A stretch of 64,000 bases of DNA from the human T2T-CHM13v2.0 reference genome, Homo sapiens: NCBI RefSeq assembly GCF_009914755.1, contig NC_060926.1; one strand, 5' to 3'. The notes below the pieces were generated by a model. It ran no database searches. It had not been told where the DNA came from and saw nothing but the letters and a program-made list of their open reading frames with translations. Below are positions 14,860 through 29,400 of the stretch, piece after piece. Every line of letters begins with the position of its first letter. Within the stretch, counting starts at the first letter, position 1. Position numbers and translations under genes: made by a program.

Positions 14860-15290
14860 GGGCTATGATTGCAAACAACTAACTCTGATTAATTTAATCA
14901 GAAAAGGACTATATAGGAAAATATTGGGTAGTTCAGAGAATCAACAGGAAACCAGGAGAACACGATTTTAAAAATTAGCAGAAAGCAAGGGCAGCCAGGA
15001 AGACTGACAAGATCCCACAACAAAAGTAACCTGATTAAAAATGCCCTGGCCATGGTCCCATGATGGCAACCACACTGCAACTAATACTATCACTACTGCT
15101 GCTGCCACCATTGCTGGATAATGTCCACCAATGCCAGCACCGCTGCCACAGAACCACTGGGTGAATATGAGTGGTCTTCTGTCCCTGCGTCTGTGCATCA
15201 CTCCATTTAAACTCAAAGTTCAAGGTGAGAACATTGGAGTGTCTCAACTTTGATTTTGCATTTGAGCTCTACATGCCAGCAATTTGGGAA
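14860..15290 (-). mobile_element. Possible old ERVL/MaLR LTR fragment
   Basis: 'gattgcaaacaactaactctgattaatttaatcagaaaagga' resembles old LTR33/MLT1-type termini; highly diverged. Confidence 0.4.
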
Positions 15291-16098
15291 AGTTGAAGGC
15301 AAAAAATAATATTTTACAAACATTAGAGGAAGTTTTAGACATTAGCATGAAAAAAATGACAAATTTCCCCTGTAAAACCTGCAACAAGATTTTATGCTAG
15401 ACAGAAAAATAGATACGTAGATACATAGAATTATGCATGAATATATACACATATACATAAAGGAGAAAGATCTTTCAGGCTTTGGGAGAAGAGCCATAGA
15501 AGAGATGTATTATTTTATTTATCTGGCTTAAATTCATTTATGCCTCTCATCTCTTTTATATGTTTACTACAACATACAGTTCTGACAATATGGCAAGCTT
15601 CATAAGCGAAGAGAATGTATCTTATAAATCTAGCATCCTCTTTAACTCCAAACAGACGATGCTGTACAGAATATGTCCCTGATAAGTAACTATTGATTTA
15701 TTGATCCTTTAGGTCAATAGCTCCTTGAGCACCAATTGATTCATGAGTAAAAAGAAAGGCCGAGATGTTAGAAGTAACCCACAACTGTGAAGAAAACTAT
15801 GAATATCAAGGGATGGGCAAGATCAGAGAGTGTGGCATTGAAACTAGTAGGTATGAAAAAGACTCATGGATTTCTGTCTTTGAAATCTAAGGTAAAAATA
15901 AATGAAAATCATAACCATTAAGGACTGAAAATCGAACCTAGCTGTTTCATTTCTTTAAAAGCATACTCAATGCAACTATAATATCTACTTAAAATAATAC
16001 CATACGTGACTATCTTAATAGCATGCACTATTTTCCCCCAGGAACATAAGGAAAGAGATGCCATTTTACTCGAAGCTGAAACCAGACCCACCTGCTGT

Positions 16099-16101
<3 letters not shown>

Positions 16102-16135
<34 letters not shown>
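16102..16135. repeat. (TA)n microsatellite
   Basis: Directly visible. Confidence 0.95.
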
Positions 16136-16143
<8 letters not shown>

Positions 16144-17284
16144 CAGTTTAACTTGTAGATCTAGACGTCTAAAGTAACTAAAGGCCTCTCGTAAAGTACT
16201 TGTATTGGCATACTTCATGGCCTCCATTTTGTGCTTGCAATTTTGTACTAATTAGTATTGACCAGCAAAATTATACATATTCCATTGACCCCAAATGATA
16301 AGTTTTGCTCACACAACTAAGGCAAAACAATGGCAAGCTTTTTCAGTATTAGGCCCAATGATATTTTTGCAAGAAAATTCTGAAAGGGCAAATTCTTACA
16401 AGGAAATATATTGAACTCTTAAAAGCCCAAGAACATTTCTTAATTAAAATGTCATTGCTTGAAAAATTCAATTATGCTTTAATATTTACTCAGCTGGCTC
16501 TATTGACATATAGAGATGTACTTCACCATGATGGCAATGTTGAATGGTCTAGAATTTTAATATGCAGAACTTATTAGTGATTATGGAAACCAAGAGGCAG
16601 ATCAGCAAGGGTCTAAATGACCTAGGTCATAAGTAAAAGTTCTAAGAGAGAAAATGCAAAGATAAAATAACCTGGATTCCTTATAGTATTTATTATTAAA
16701 AGTGGAAAAAAAGCACCTGACAGGAAGGCATAAAAGAAAGCATGCTAATATTCTCACATATGAAAGTCAGTTTGCATATGTTTACAAAGATGTTTGAAAG
16801 CCAAACCCGGTGTGTGCAGGTGAGGTGTACATTGGGAGAGAAGACTAAGACTGGTAACAATGGCAAACTTGTCTTCAGAAAGAGCATGGCTGGGTTACCC
16901 ACAAAGGAAGCATGCCATGGAGACTGGAGATGGGAATGGTATCCTGGTTAGTTTTGATGGAGATGGTCAGAACCAGATATTCATATGCTGTTTCTCTTCC
17001 CCATACTAGATTCCAGGAGACTGGATACACAGAGGAGTCTCCAAGGACATAGGACACAATCTATTACTAGATAGAATTTTGTGTTCAAATCACCATAGGA
17101 TATTCTGCACTTGAGAAGGTCAAATGAGCTTAATAAGCCCCAAGCCTCTCTTTACCTTCTTATTGCAAGTTCAGAAACAGGTTACTGGTTCAGAAACAGG
17201 TTTAACTGGTCTCTGTCATTGTTCCTTTCACCCAGGCCAGCCCCGGAATTTGGCCCTCTGCATTTCTGTCTTCCTTCCTTCCGG

Positions 17285-17590
17285 TTTTTTTTTTTTTTTT
17301 TTTTTTTTTTGAGACAGTCTCGCTCTGTTGCCCAGGCTGGAGTGCAATGGAGCTATCTCGGCTCACTGCAAGTTCCGTCTCCTGAGTTCACGCCATTCTC
17401 CTGCCTCAGCCTCCCGAGTAGCTGTGACTACAGGCACCCACCACCACGCACAGCTAATTTTTATATTTTTAGTAGAAACGGGGTTTTGCCATGTTGGCCA
17501 GGCTGGTTTTGAACTCCTGACCTCAGGTGATCCACCCTCCTTGGCCTCCCAAAGTGCTGGGATTACAGGTGTGAGGCACTGCGCCTGGCC
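17285..17590 (-). mobile_element. Alu with Sx-type left arm and Y-type right arm
   Basis: Full dimer; 17-bp TSD GGCCCTCTGCATTTCTG at 17252-17268 and 17591-17607. Confidence 0.95.
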
Positions 17591-17758
17591 GGCCCTCTGC
17601 ATTTCTGCACAGTGAGAAGATGCATGCAAAAGGAAAAAACAGAGCCCTGCAATTCAGACTTGAAACAGATGTGGCCCTCTCCACACACCTTTTCCTGTGG
17701 ACCTGCCTGTGATTCCTACATGGCCTTCCTAGAATTGGTGATGCTGGATAATCTAGGC

Positions 17759-17930
17759 CACTGGTTCTCAAATTTAGCTGTATATTGCATCACCTGGGTA
17801 GATTTTAAAACTACTGATACCTGGGCCCCACTTCCAGAGATTCTGATTTAATTGGTCTGAGTAATTGCCTGGGCATCAGTTAAAGGGTCTCCAGGTGATT
17901 CTAATAGGTAGCCAAGGGTGAGGACAATTG
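17759..17930. mobile_element. MER5A-type hAT MITE
   Basis: CACTGGTTCTCAAA...GTGAGGACAATTG termini, 'ccagagattctgatttaattggtctg' core, 8-bp TSD atctaggc/gcctaggc. Confidence 0.85.
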
Positions 17931-18532
17931 GCCTAGGCCAGAGGCAATACAACAGTTGCAAGCAATGGAGGGACCAGTAAGAGCACCTGCAACGTGGAAA
18001 GACAGTCAAGAGAAAGATATGAATAATAATGGGGCAAATGACAGCAAACCATGTAAAGGAGCTTATTTCTTTGCTGCACCATGGAGGACCACTCAATACT
18101 AATTCTGACTGCCTAATCTATTTTTTTAACCCAGACTCACCGTGGTGAATAGATACTTCCACCGCAATCAGACTTCTTTAGATGTATAAATGTTTGGTTA
18201 TTGGCCTTTTCACTTTTATTCAAAAATATAGCCTCTTAATTTAATATACTATCATCATACTCTGTAAGAAAATTGGGACCTGGTTAAAATACATGAGAGG
18301 AGAAAAACCTATCCCTTGAAAGAGTAATCTTTAGCAAGTACTATAGGCAGTCAGGATTCATCAGGACAATTTTTTTTAATAAATTTTTTCTAGTGTTATC
18401 AAATAGGAGCTGGCCTTTATGACAAAAAATAGCTATGTACTCAGGAAACATGATGAGAAGAAGAAATTGTATAAATAATATGCTTTGAGTGGCAGGAAAT
18501 AAAACTGAAACTGGTCTAAACAATAAGGAGAT

Positions 18533-18912
18533 TGTATTGGTTCATTTTTATTGCTATAAAGAAATACCCGAGACTTGGTAATTTATAAAGGAAAGGGTTT
18601 TAATTAACTCACAGTGCTGCATGGTTGGGGAGGCCTCAGGAAACTTACAATCATGGCAGAAGGAGAGGCAGCCACTTTCTTACTGCGGCGGCAGCAGAGA
18701 GAGAGCGTGTGAAGGAGGAACTGTCAAACACTTAACACTTATAAAACCATCAGATCTCATGAGAACTTACTATCACAAGACCAGCATGGGGGAAACTGCC
18801 CCCATGATCCAATCACCTCCCACCAGGTTCCTTCTTGAACAGATAGGGATTATGGGGATGGATTATAATTCGATATGAGATTTGGGTGGGGACACAGAGA
18901 CAAACCATATTC
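18533..18912 (-). mobile_element. THE1D/MSTA-like solo LTR
   Basis: tgtattgg...caaaccatatt termini; perfect TSD GAGAT. Confidence 0.9.
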
Positions 18913-18967
18913 GAGATGTATTGGCTTATATGTAATGGGAAATCTAGAGGCATAAGAGGTTTCAGCT

Positions 18968-19285
<318 letters not shown>

Positions 19286-19976
19286 TCAGCTGCAGTTTGG
19301 TCAGGATTTCAACTCGATTTCTCTACTGTTTTCAGTTCTGTCATCTCTTTTGTATTGGATTTGTCCTCAGGCTAGCTATCCTTATGGGGGCAAAATGGCA
19401 GACAGAAGCTACAGAGGAATCTCCTTGGTTGGTGTTTTTCATTTGCAAGAAATTGTATCTTTTGGCTGTGCTCTTGAAGGCATCAGAAAAGTTGTTATAT
19501 TTTCATTTCAGTCCCCAGAAAACAGCTTCTAAAATCTTATTGTCCCAAATTGGACCACATATCCATCCCTGAATCCATTACCATAGCTAGTAGAATGGAA
19601 TGGCTTGAGCAAGACAGAGCCCACTCCTGAATCTGGGGGTGCCATCAGGCTTTGTAGAATTATATGAGAGCCCAGATGTAAATTTTTTTAAAAAAGGAAA
19701 TGAGAAGAAATGGGGCTGGGCAGATAGCAAGCATATGTATAAAATAACTTCTAACAGGGAACCAGGGTAGCTGGGTTCCAATTTAAATTCTACTAGTTTT
19801 GTGTCCTTGGTAAACAAGTCACTTTTATTGTTCAAATGAGTGTATTTGACAAGGTGATCTGATTTCTAAGGTCTTGTTAAAACCTAAAATCTTAACTTTA
19901 TATCTCTAAAATATCTTGTGCCTGAGATACTGGCTTTCAGTTCTATTTTGGGGGACACATTTAAAGAAATAGATTT

Positions 19977-20326
<350 letters not shown>

Positions 20327-23300
20327 TTAGAAGAATGTTTCCACTTTCCTTTGGTAACACAGGCACCTCTGGTCTTTTTAGCATCTACTGATGGAGTCAA
20401 CTACTGGCTTCTTTTTTACTATTTCTCTGAGTGACTGATAAATGAGAGCAATTTCTCTGACTTGTATAAGAAAGGATTTTCTTATATTTGTTTTAAGACT
20501 TCCTAGAATGATTCACTTTCCTACCACCATTCTGTTGCACTTGCGAAATGTTATGTGACACTGCTAAGGTAAATTTATTGAGGCTCTCAATTTTAATTAG
20601 TTTTTTTCTCATATTTTCTCTGAAAAGTTAATCCCCTTTTAATGAAATTGTAAAATATAAGCAAATCTTACATGACACTTTTATCACCTGCTCATTTGAG
20701 ATCAAAAGTCTAACTGTATTGCCTTCTAAAATTCTACCAAATTTTAAGTGCATATTAAGATGGTAATTTTTATCTCAGATCAATGGTTGAGCTTTAATTT
20801 ATTTGAGCAAAATAAAACAATACAGATGATGGTTTATTGCTGTATTTCAACATATTTTATAGTACTAAGATATTATCGTAGTGATTTTTATCACTGTTTG
20901 AAGTAAAGTAGGAAGCAGATTCTTAACTTGAAAACTTAATGGGTCTAAATTTTCCATCAGAAAATAATCTACCAAATAACATCTTCATAATGAAAAAGGG
21001 ATTTGCTCTCATCTCTCTCCCAAGTTTTATGATGTAAAATAGTACCCACTGTTACATGTGAGTGATTGTAAAAATCTAGCACATGTGAGAGTTTGCTGGA
21101 ATAATAGTATTATTCCTTTAGCTTAGTGCTAAAGAAAATATTTGTACTCTAATCTCTGTTCTGAATTTTCCAACTATTTCTTACATTGAAGACCTGAAAT
21201 GGCATGTTTGTCTCCATGAACAGTGCAATGGTATCCTCCATTTAATTTGGGCACCCAGTTTATATTGTTTTAGCTTTCTTCTTTATTTATGATCAAAGTA
21301 TAGGTTCACTTTGTAGCCTTATGCTGACAATTTACAACCAGCTCATAAATGCCCTATCTTGTGATTTATGGTGGGCCTCCTACTTGCTGTCCATGACCTC
21401 TTTCTCCCAGGTCCCCACTCATTGCTCATCTCAGGCAACCAGTTGAAATTCATTAGCTTAGGTATCTGTTGGAAAAGGAAAGCCAGCGTTTAAACAATGT
21501 CTACATTATCTCCAAGCTCTTGAAGCCAGTACGTCAAAGGAGTGAAATATAATGATTTGTAATGATTGGGTCTGCCAACTGCTCAGAGTAAGACTCAACT
21601 TTGTTGATAAGTGTAGCTAACACTTATCAGAGGCAAAACAAAAGGCAAAACTAGTGTTGGTAATGAAATTAATTGAGAAAAAGCCAGTCTAACTGTCAAA
21701 CTAGAAGAACCTTGAGAAGAAAGGCAGCTTCTAAAGGTCAATACTCAGCGTGCTGTAATCTTTACCATCTGTGTTCAGGCTGGTAAGATTCTGAGACTGT
21801 CATATGTAGCCCTTTTTCTGAAAATAAGAGACAAGGGAAAAAAAGGCTTGCCCAACAGGGAGCCTGGATGTACTTAGCTGGATAGAAAATGAAAACACTA
21901 TATGGTATAAACTTAGGATGACCCTTAATTTTTCTTCCCCTTGACCTACATGGGTCCACAGATAGTTTCAGAAAAGCAGCGCCATGGCAAATTGGAATAA
22001 TTCCGTCACCAACGAAATGTAATATTATATTTACAAGGTGGAACACTAGGCAGCTCGATTCAATATGAACACCCTCTATCGTCTGACTCTATCTGATGAA
22101 GGCTAACAAGGCCATCACCATGTTTTCCTAGTAAGAAAGTTTTTTTACGTAAGTGGAAAAATGGACTTGGTTTCTCTTTACTTGAAGATTTGAAAAATAT
22201 ATAGAAATCTAGAATGTTGTGATTCTATATATAGTGGCATAGCTTACTCTTATTAGAACAATATTTAGAGGTTTGGTATTATATAGGCTTTTTAGAAGAC
22301 TTATACCAAATATACCAGATGTTTATTACTACAAGGGATAATTTCATGCACTCTCATTTCTTAAATCAGTAGTGTTTTCACATAATGGAAAATGATCAAA
22401 GAATAAATAAAAATATGTAATATTCATATACATATAAATGTATATGATTGTATATATATGCATATATGTGTATGTAAAAATTATATAACATATATTATTT
22501 ATTAGCTAAATCATGAATAAACTTTAAATGATTCTATCGAAACTTTGTATATTCTAATTAAAGTATAAAATACTATTGTTTTACCTCCCTCTATTATATA
22601 CAAAGTACAATGTTTTCAATATTGTTCATATAATATCAATTTCTATTTTTTTCTAAAAATCCAATCCTTCAGAGATTTTTCAGCTTTAACTTTTCCTGTT
22701 GCACTACCTCCATCTCTAGATGACCTCATCTATAGAGCTCATTTTTTATGCATACGACTTCATTTTATACTCACAACATCCCGAGGATTCATGAATACAC
22801 ATATGACTTCAAAGATCCATGATACTGTCTTATAATAAATCATTTCCCTGGATTCACTGGTGCTATTTTAACCATGAGAGGGGTGGCAGGTTTTACAAAG
22901 TATGCTGCCATCTAAACTTCATAAATAAAGCTGTAGGTTAACTGATTTGTTTTTCTCTTCTGTGATTTCCTTGATTTGTTTTAGAAACACAAAAAAGGAA
23001 TTTCTCGTCTCTGCAACATTTGTCACTGCTTCCACAGCCTCCCAGGAAAATAGGATCCATAAAATCTTAGACATAAAAAATAATAACACTCTCCAAATGC
23101 TAGTTAATAAAATGCTCCGCCTCTTTAGGAGAAAGAGATATTTTATTTGTATTCATTAGGGTGACCTAACCACTCACTAGTACACTTTATTATACCTCTC
23201 CTGTGTGATGTAATAGCTTGAACACATGAAAATAAAGCATGCAGATCATATTGCTTTCTCTCTTCATGTATTTAAAACACAGGTACCCTTAGCCTCTCCC

Positions 23301-24981
23301 TTTTCCTATCCTCCCTTTTCATTTCCTCCTCTTACTCGTCTTCTCTTTGTTTCCTTCTCTTTCTCCTCCATGATCTGCCCACCAAGACTCCCCTAACGAG
23401 CCATTCATTTTTATATTCTGAAGGCAATCTTGTTGGTTAAAGCCCCTGTGAGATTTCTTGAGTGGGTTAGGTTTATTTTCTTGTTTTGCTTTGATATCGT
23501 GGGTTACGTGTTTCTCATTTCAACTGGTTTATGTTGACCTAAAGACCTTTTCTATTTGGAAGAATGCATTGTTTTATAACTAATTAGTAAAGAAAAAATT
23601 ATTGTAATTAATGAATATAGAATGAAGAATGAAAAGCTGTTCTAGAAAAACAGAAATAGAGAGAAAAAGAAACTTTTTCACAAAGGCTGCTAAATAAATG
23701 ACTCTTTCCCTTAGTTTTAGGAAAAGGAATGTCACCATTAACAAATGATACTACTCTGAGCCTATTATGTTGAATATTATGTCACTGTCAATCACTTGGC
23801 AATCCACAGGGCAATACTTCTCCATAATAACTGCCAACTTTAGTCAATATATTTGCATCATTTTACTTTAGAGGCTTATGAAATGCAAATAAACATTCTA
23901 CTAATAGTGCTTCTTATTTAATTAGTTCTGCCTGGCGGATATTCTTTTTCTTCAGCACGGCCTTAAAAGTAAGAATTTCAATTCCAAGCCCGATTTGGCC
24001 ATTTAACAATTCTTTGTATTGTTGACCCATTGTTTTGAGGTTGTTGACCAAAGAGATAGGAATTACAACATGAGAAATAAGACCCTTTTTTGAAAGAAGG
24101 TACACAATGCAGAAATCTGTCATTCAGCATATTATTTAAAAACTCAGAAAAGAATCATACCCACATTGGTTTTTAAACTAGTTTTAAAAAACATCTTTGG
24201 GAAATGGATACTGTGTTTCTGTCTGAAGTCAAAGCCATCCACTACAAATATTTTGCTCTGTTATTCTACTGCATGTATGCACACGTTTACCCAGCATCAT
24301 TTATTTTGAGAAAATATTGCCTAATTCAAATGCTTTATTAGCATAATTTTTATTTGCATTTCTCCTTCACCCCATAGTAATTCTGTTTATATAGAGAGTA
24401 GACAAGTGACACAGGCCTGGCAAATCAGAATAACCCATGACCCTAAACAATTAAGAATAGAAGCTGCCCAGCTAGTTGTTTGCGGAGCCTAGGACCATTA
24501 TCTAAGATCTATTTTGCCCTCTGGAAGGGATACCCTATTTCAGAAACCTTGACAGCCAGCTTGGATTGACCAAGGTGCTTTGTTGGATGAAGTGAAACAG
24601 GTACTCATCAGCTTTCTATCCTCTTTTCACAATTTTTGACTACGTGGAATATGACCTCAACTCAGTATTGCCAAGGAAGCAAGGCGGTTTGATTGCACTT
24701 CAGGCACTTAGGTTTAAACTATGAGGATGATGCGTTCACAGATAATTGAGACCAATGTGAATTACACATTTATATTAAGAGCCTGTTAGAAGATATTCCA
24801 GCCTACCTATATCACTAATGTGACACAATCTTAATATGATTTATTTCTTTGGATTAAGGTGGTGGCATTCTTTCTTTTTTTTCTTTTATAACCCCAGTTT
24901 AAACTATAAATCTCACATGAATCCAGAAATGTACTTTGAAAAGAAGTTAAGCTACTCTTGTAGAGCAAACAAGAATTTTTT

Positions 24982-24983
<2 letters not shown>

Positions 24984-25021
<38 letters not shown>

Positions 25022-25322
25022 TTTTTTGAGATGGAGTCTCACTCTGTCGTCCAGGCTGGAGTGCAGTGGCGCAATCTAGGCTCACTGCAAGCTCCACCTC
25101 CCATGTTCACGCCATTCTCCTGCCTCAGCCTCCCAAGTAGCTGGAACTACAGGCACCTGCCACCACGCCCAGCTATTTTTTTTTTTTTTTTTTTTTGTAT
25201 TTTTAGTAGAGATGGGGTTTCACCATGTTAGCCAGGATGGTCTCGATCTCCTGACCTCGTGATCCGCCCACCTCGGCCTCCCAAAGTCCTGGGATTACAG
25301 GCGTGAGCCACCGCACCCGCCC
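24984..25322 (-). mobile_element. AluY with (TAAA)n tail
   Basis: 'gcaagctcc...cacgccattctcc', 'gttagccaggatggtctcgatctcc'; TSD GAA(T/G)TTTTTATT. Confidence 0.95.
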
Positions 25323-27016
25323 GAAGTTTTTATTTTTTGAGAACTCCTTCTGTTCCAATCTCTTGCACTCCACATGGATCCCAAGATTATTCCATGGAAA
25401 CACAAGTCTCTGCAAAAATAAATGTTTGAAAAAAATTAAGACATTGAATTATTAAATGTATAAGAATCATCTCTTCAGGTTCAATCATTCCTTGTGGTAT
25501 ATTCCTATGTCACTAATACTCTAGAGGTTACTCATTTTAATTAGTAAGAATATATAGAAATGGGTGAGTGAGTGGAGAGATGGATGGATGACTGAAAGCA
25601 GGTATGTATTGATGAAGGAGAAAATGGGAAAAGATAAGTCTGGAGCAAGGGGTAGAGGAGGTGGTAATGCCCCAGTTGAGGGGAACACTGACATGCCAGC
25701 AACATTATAGTGGATCCCTAAAGAAGAGAGGTTGGTTTCAGAGAAAATTAAGGATAACAGACATGGAGTCAGTATATTTCATCTACTTCCTAACTTTGCT
25801 GAGGGATGAGTCTGTCACAACCAATTTCTTCCTTGACTTAGTATTATATAGATACAGCCATGGCTGATAATAAGGGTGAACCCATGTGGGGCATTAAGAC
25901 ACTGCCACCCACACCCATATGTGTTAATTTACTTCCTGCCAAAACATGTCTTTTGAATCATGTAGGCTTGTGCTAACAGAAAAAGGCAGCATATTCAATG
26001 GAATGTAGAAAAATATTCATGAAATCGTGGGTCTGTGACTTCCCACAGGAAGTTTTGGTTTCTGCTTTCAAATTAACCTGTCCAAGTGCTGCTCAGAGGC
26101 TTATAGATTATGGAGATCAATTCAAAAAACCTATAGCAATTGCTTGTGTAGTTAAGATTCTTATTTTCTATTAGAAGATTCCTAAGTTGTTAGTAGAACA
26201 ATAGGCAGAAAACAGTGTTCAAACCATTTACAGGACACAAGGGTCTAGATAGGTTGTTCCTGTGTCAGGGCGGGACAAACAAAACAAAAACAAAAGCTGT
26301 AGATCACATTTAAACCCTCAGGGTAAATATGAACAAAGGGTAGACTATATATTTTTAAGGAATCTGGGTGTAAACCTTTTTTTCCCCTCTTTGCCAGAAA
26401 CCATAGTGTTTATAGGCATGTTTTACTGGAAATCTGCTGCTTCTCACAATGTTTCCTGCACAACTGTCTTAGTAAAACTACATCTGGAAATGACAAGCAC
26501 ACAGTTGTAAATCTGAAAGTCAGTGTGTTGTTGTAATAGCTTGCAGCTACAGTATGGCTGTCTTGCTGAACACCAAAGAGTTATAAAGACAGAGGCCAGC
26601 TGTAGCTACTGAAATGAATGCTATTTTTCTGAAGGGATAGAATGAGGTTTAAGAGGGTTATAATGTCTCCTATTAAACTACGAAATGGAGCATTGAGCTG
26701 ATGGTCTCTTGGACAAATCAATTATTTCAGAAACTCTGACAACCAGCCTGGATAGACCAAAGCATGCTTTGTTGGATGAAGCAAAAACAGGGAGAGATCC
26801 ATTGACTTGTAGACCTCTAGAGTTAGGTTGGGTCATAGCAACCACCTAAATCAAATGTCTCCCTAAATAATGAACTTCCCTTCTCAAGAGCCACAAAATG
26901 CCATCCTCAAATATTAGGTTGAACATTTCAACAGTTCTCAGTCCTAAATGACTGACGAGATCCATATATAGGTCCCAAACAAAGCAACCTATACACTTAG
27001 CCTGAAGTTTTCCCTA

Positions 27017-27403
27017 TGCTTTGGTTTGAATGAGTCTTCTCCAAAGTTCATGTGCTGAAATTTAATGGCCAGTGTGATAGAATTAAGGTATGGAGCCTTT
27101 AAGAAGTAATTACATCATGAAAACTCCTTTCTTATGAATGGGATTAGGTCCTTATTAAAGAGACTCCACATAGCATTCAGTTCTTTCCCTGTTCTATTCC
27201 TTTGGCCTTGTAAAGGCACAGCATTCCTGCCTTTCAGAGAATGCATCTAGGAAGGTGAAGCTGGGCCCCTCATCAAACACTAAAACTACCATTAACTTGA
27301 TTCTGAACTTCCCAGCCTTCATAACTGTAAGAAATAAATTTCTGTTCTTTATAAATTACCCATTGATAGGATTTTGTTATAGCAGCACAAACAGAATAAG
27401 ACA
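27017..27403 (+). mobile_element. MST (MSTB/D-like) solo LTR
   Basis: TGCTTTGGTTTGAATG...TTTTGTTATAGCAGCACAAACAGAATAAGACA; TSD cccta/ccctg. Confidence 0.85.
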
Positions 27404-27672
27404 CCCTGTGTGTGTATCTTTGGATCATTTTCAAATTAACCTGGGGAATCAAAGAACGATTCATCACTATGGGAGTTTCGTTAAACCACATGTTGATATC
27501 AAAGCCACCAGTAAGATTGTAGTGATGAGTTAAGCAATGATTAGTTAATAATAAACAAAAGTAAAATATCAACCAAATTTTAATTTATTATTTAAATAAT
27601 AATTGAGCATTGGTATGTTTAGACACTATGGGCTTTGGTTGTAACATATACATATATGAGCACTTTTTATCT

Positions 27673-27890
27673 TTAAAAATGGCTTATACTTTCAGTAATG
27701 TCTCTAAGCTGTGTATATCAACAGGTGGAAATTTAAAATAACTACAGTGTCTTACTTCTTCTTTGCTCTGCTTCCAGGATGTTAAAAATGGCTTATACTT
27801 TCAGTAATATCTCTAAGCTGTGTATATCAACAGGTGGGTATTTAAAATAACTACAATGTCTTACCTCTTCTTTGCTCTGCTTCCAGCATG
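27673..27890. repeat. Tandem duplication, 2 x 109 bp
   Basis: 27673-27781 vs 27782-27890 align without gaps, with 6 mismatches by hand count. Confidence 0.95.
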
Positions 27891-28192
27891 TTCTTTCTTC
27901 CTTCCTTTCTGTGTCAGAGGAAGAACAGATCATCTTTCCTACAGGGCCAAACTAGCTTTTTATATTTCTTTCATTTCACTTCATTCTCAATTTCAAAGAG
28001 ATCACAGTATTTTATTATTTATTTTTTCTCTTGTGTCTTCAATATTTGAATTCCCCTTCAAAGCCTTTTTTCCTTGCTCTCAATCATACACAAATCTCTC
28101 CTACATGAAAACATTTTGAAATGAATTATATGGCCCGCTGAATCTACCAGAATTGAAGAAGAAAAGTCTCATCTTGTCAAAGAATAGCTTTT

Positions 28193-28322
28193 ATAAGATC
28201 CATGAGGGTAGGGCAGTGTCTGATTCATTGGTGTTCCCATTTTCTAAAGGCTGCCCAGCCACAGTAGATGCTCAACAGGTATGTGTCAAATAAACGAATG
28301 GAAACAGTAAATGGGTGAATAA
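28193..28322 (+). mobile_element. L2 3'-end fragment
   Basis: 'taagatccatgagggtaggg...acagtagatgctcaa...aaataaacgaatg'. Confidence 0.65.
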
Positions 28323-28535
28323 ATAGTAATGCATATAGACTAGCTTAACTTTTACCTTAACTCCCTCACAATTTACTGGCTGTTTTATTTCCCCACGTCA
28401 GATTCTTCAAAAGCACCCTCATCTGCTAGACATCAAGTTATTATTTCCATAGCTTGTTCCAGGTCATCATTTTTCTATCTTTGATATATATTTAACATTT
28501 AACACTGTGAGCTCCCCATTACCAGCACTGCCCCG

Positions 28536-28537
<2 letters not shown>

Positions 28538-28571
<34 letters not shown>
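28538..28571. repeat. (CA)n microsatellite
   Basis: Directly visible. Confidence 0.95.
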
Positions 28572-28575
<4 letters not shown>

Positions 28576-28821
28576 TCACTTATTAATAGAGTTTTGTAGC
28601 TTTCATGAGAAACCAGCATAGTTTTCATCCCACCTCTTGCTCTATGCATCACGGACTCCCTCACTGTTTTTGACTTTTCTGAGAGACACTTCTCCCTTGG
28701 TTCCAACTCCCCTACGTGCTAAACTTGAACTTGTCTCAGCTCACTTCTTGATGATCTAATGGCTTCTCTTTCCTTAGAGGGAGGAAAAGAGTGGGGAGGA
28801 AAGGATAAAGAGAAGAATGGA

Positions 28822-29138
<317 letters not shown>

Positions 29139-29214
29139 TTAAGTAGGATTTGTAGCTGGAGAAACTCTTTCTAAACAAGCCTAATACTTTTGCTTCTCCT
29201 GTTACCTCCTTCCT

Positions 29215-29400
29215 CTGTTTCTCAAATTGTGCCCTCAGTACAACCTATGTCAGAATTGATACAAATACTGATGTCAGGCTCTACCTTAGTCTATTACTCC
29301 TTCTAAAATAGAATTCCAAGGATGGGACCTCCAAAATCTACATTAAAAACAAAACAAAAATCAGTTTTTTCTAGTTTGCAGAGAGGTTTGGGGACCACTG
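29215..29400. mobile_element. Possible MER5-type fragment
   Basis: 'tgtttctcaaattgtg' and 'gtttggggaccactg' resemble MER5 termini; interior degraded. Confidence 0.4.
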
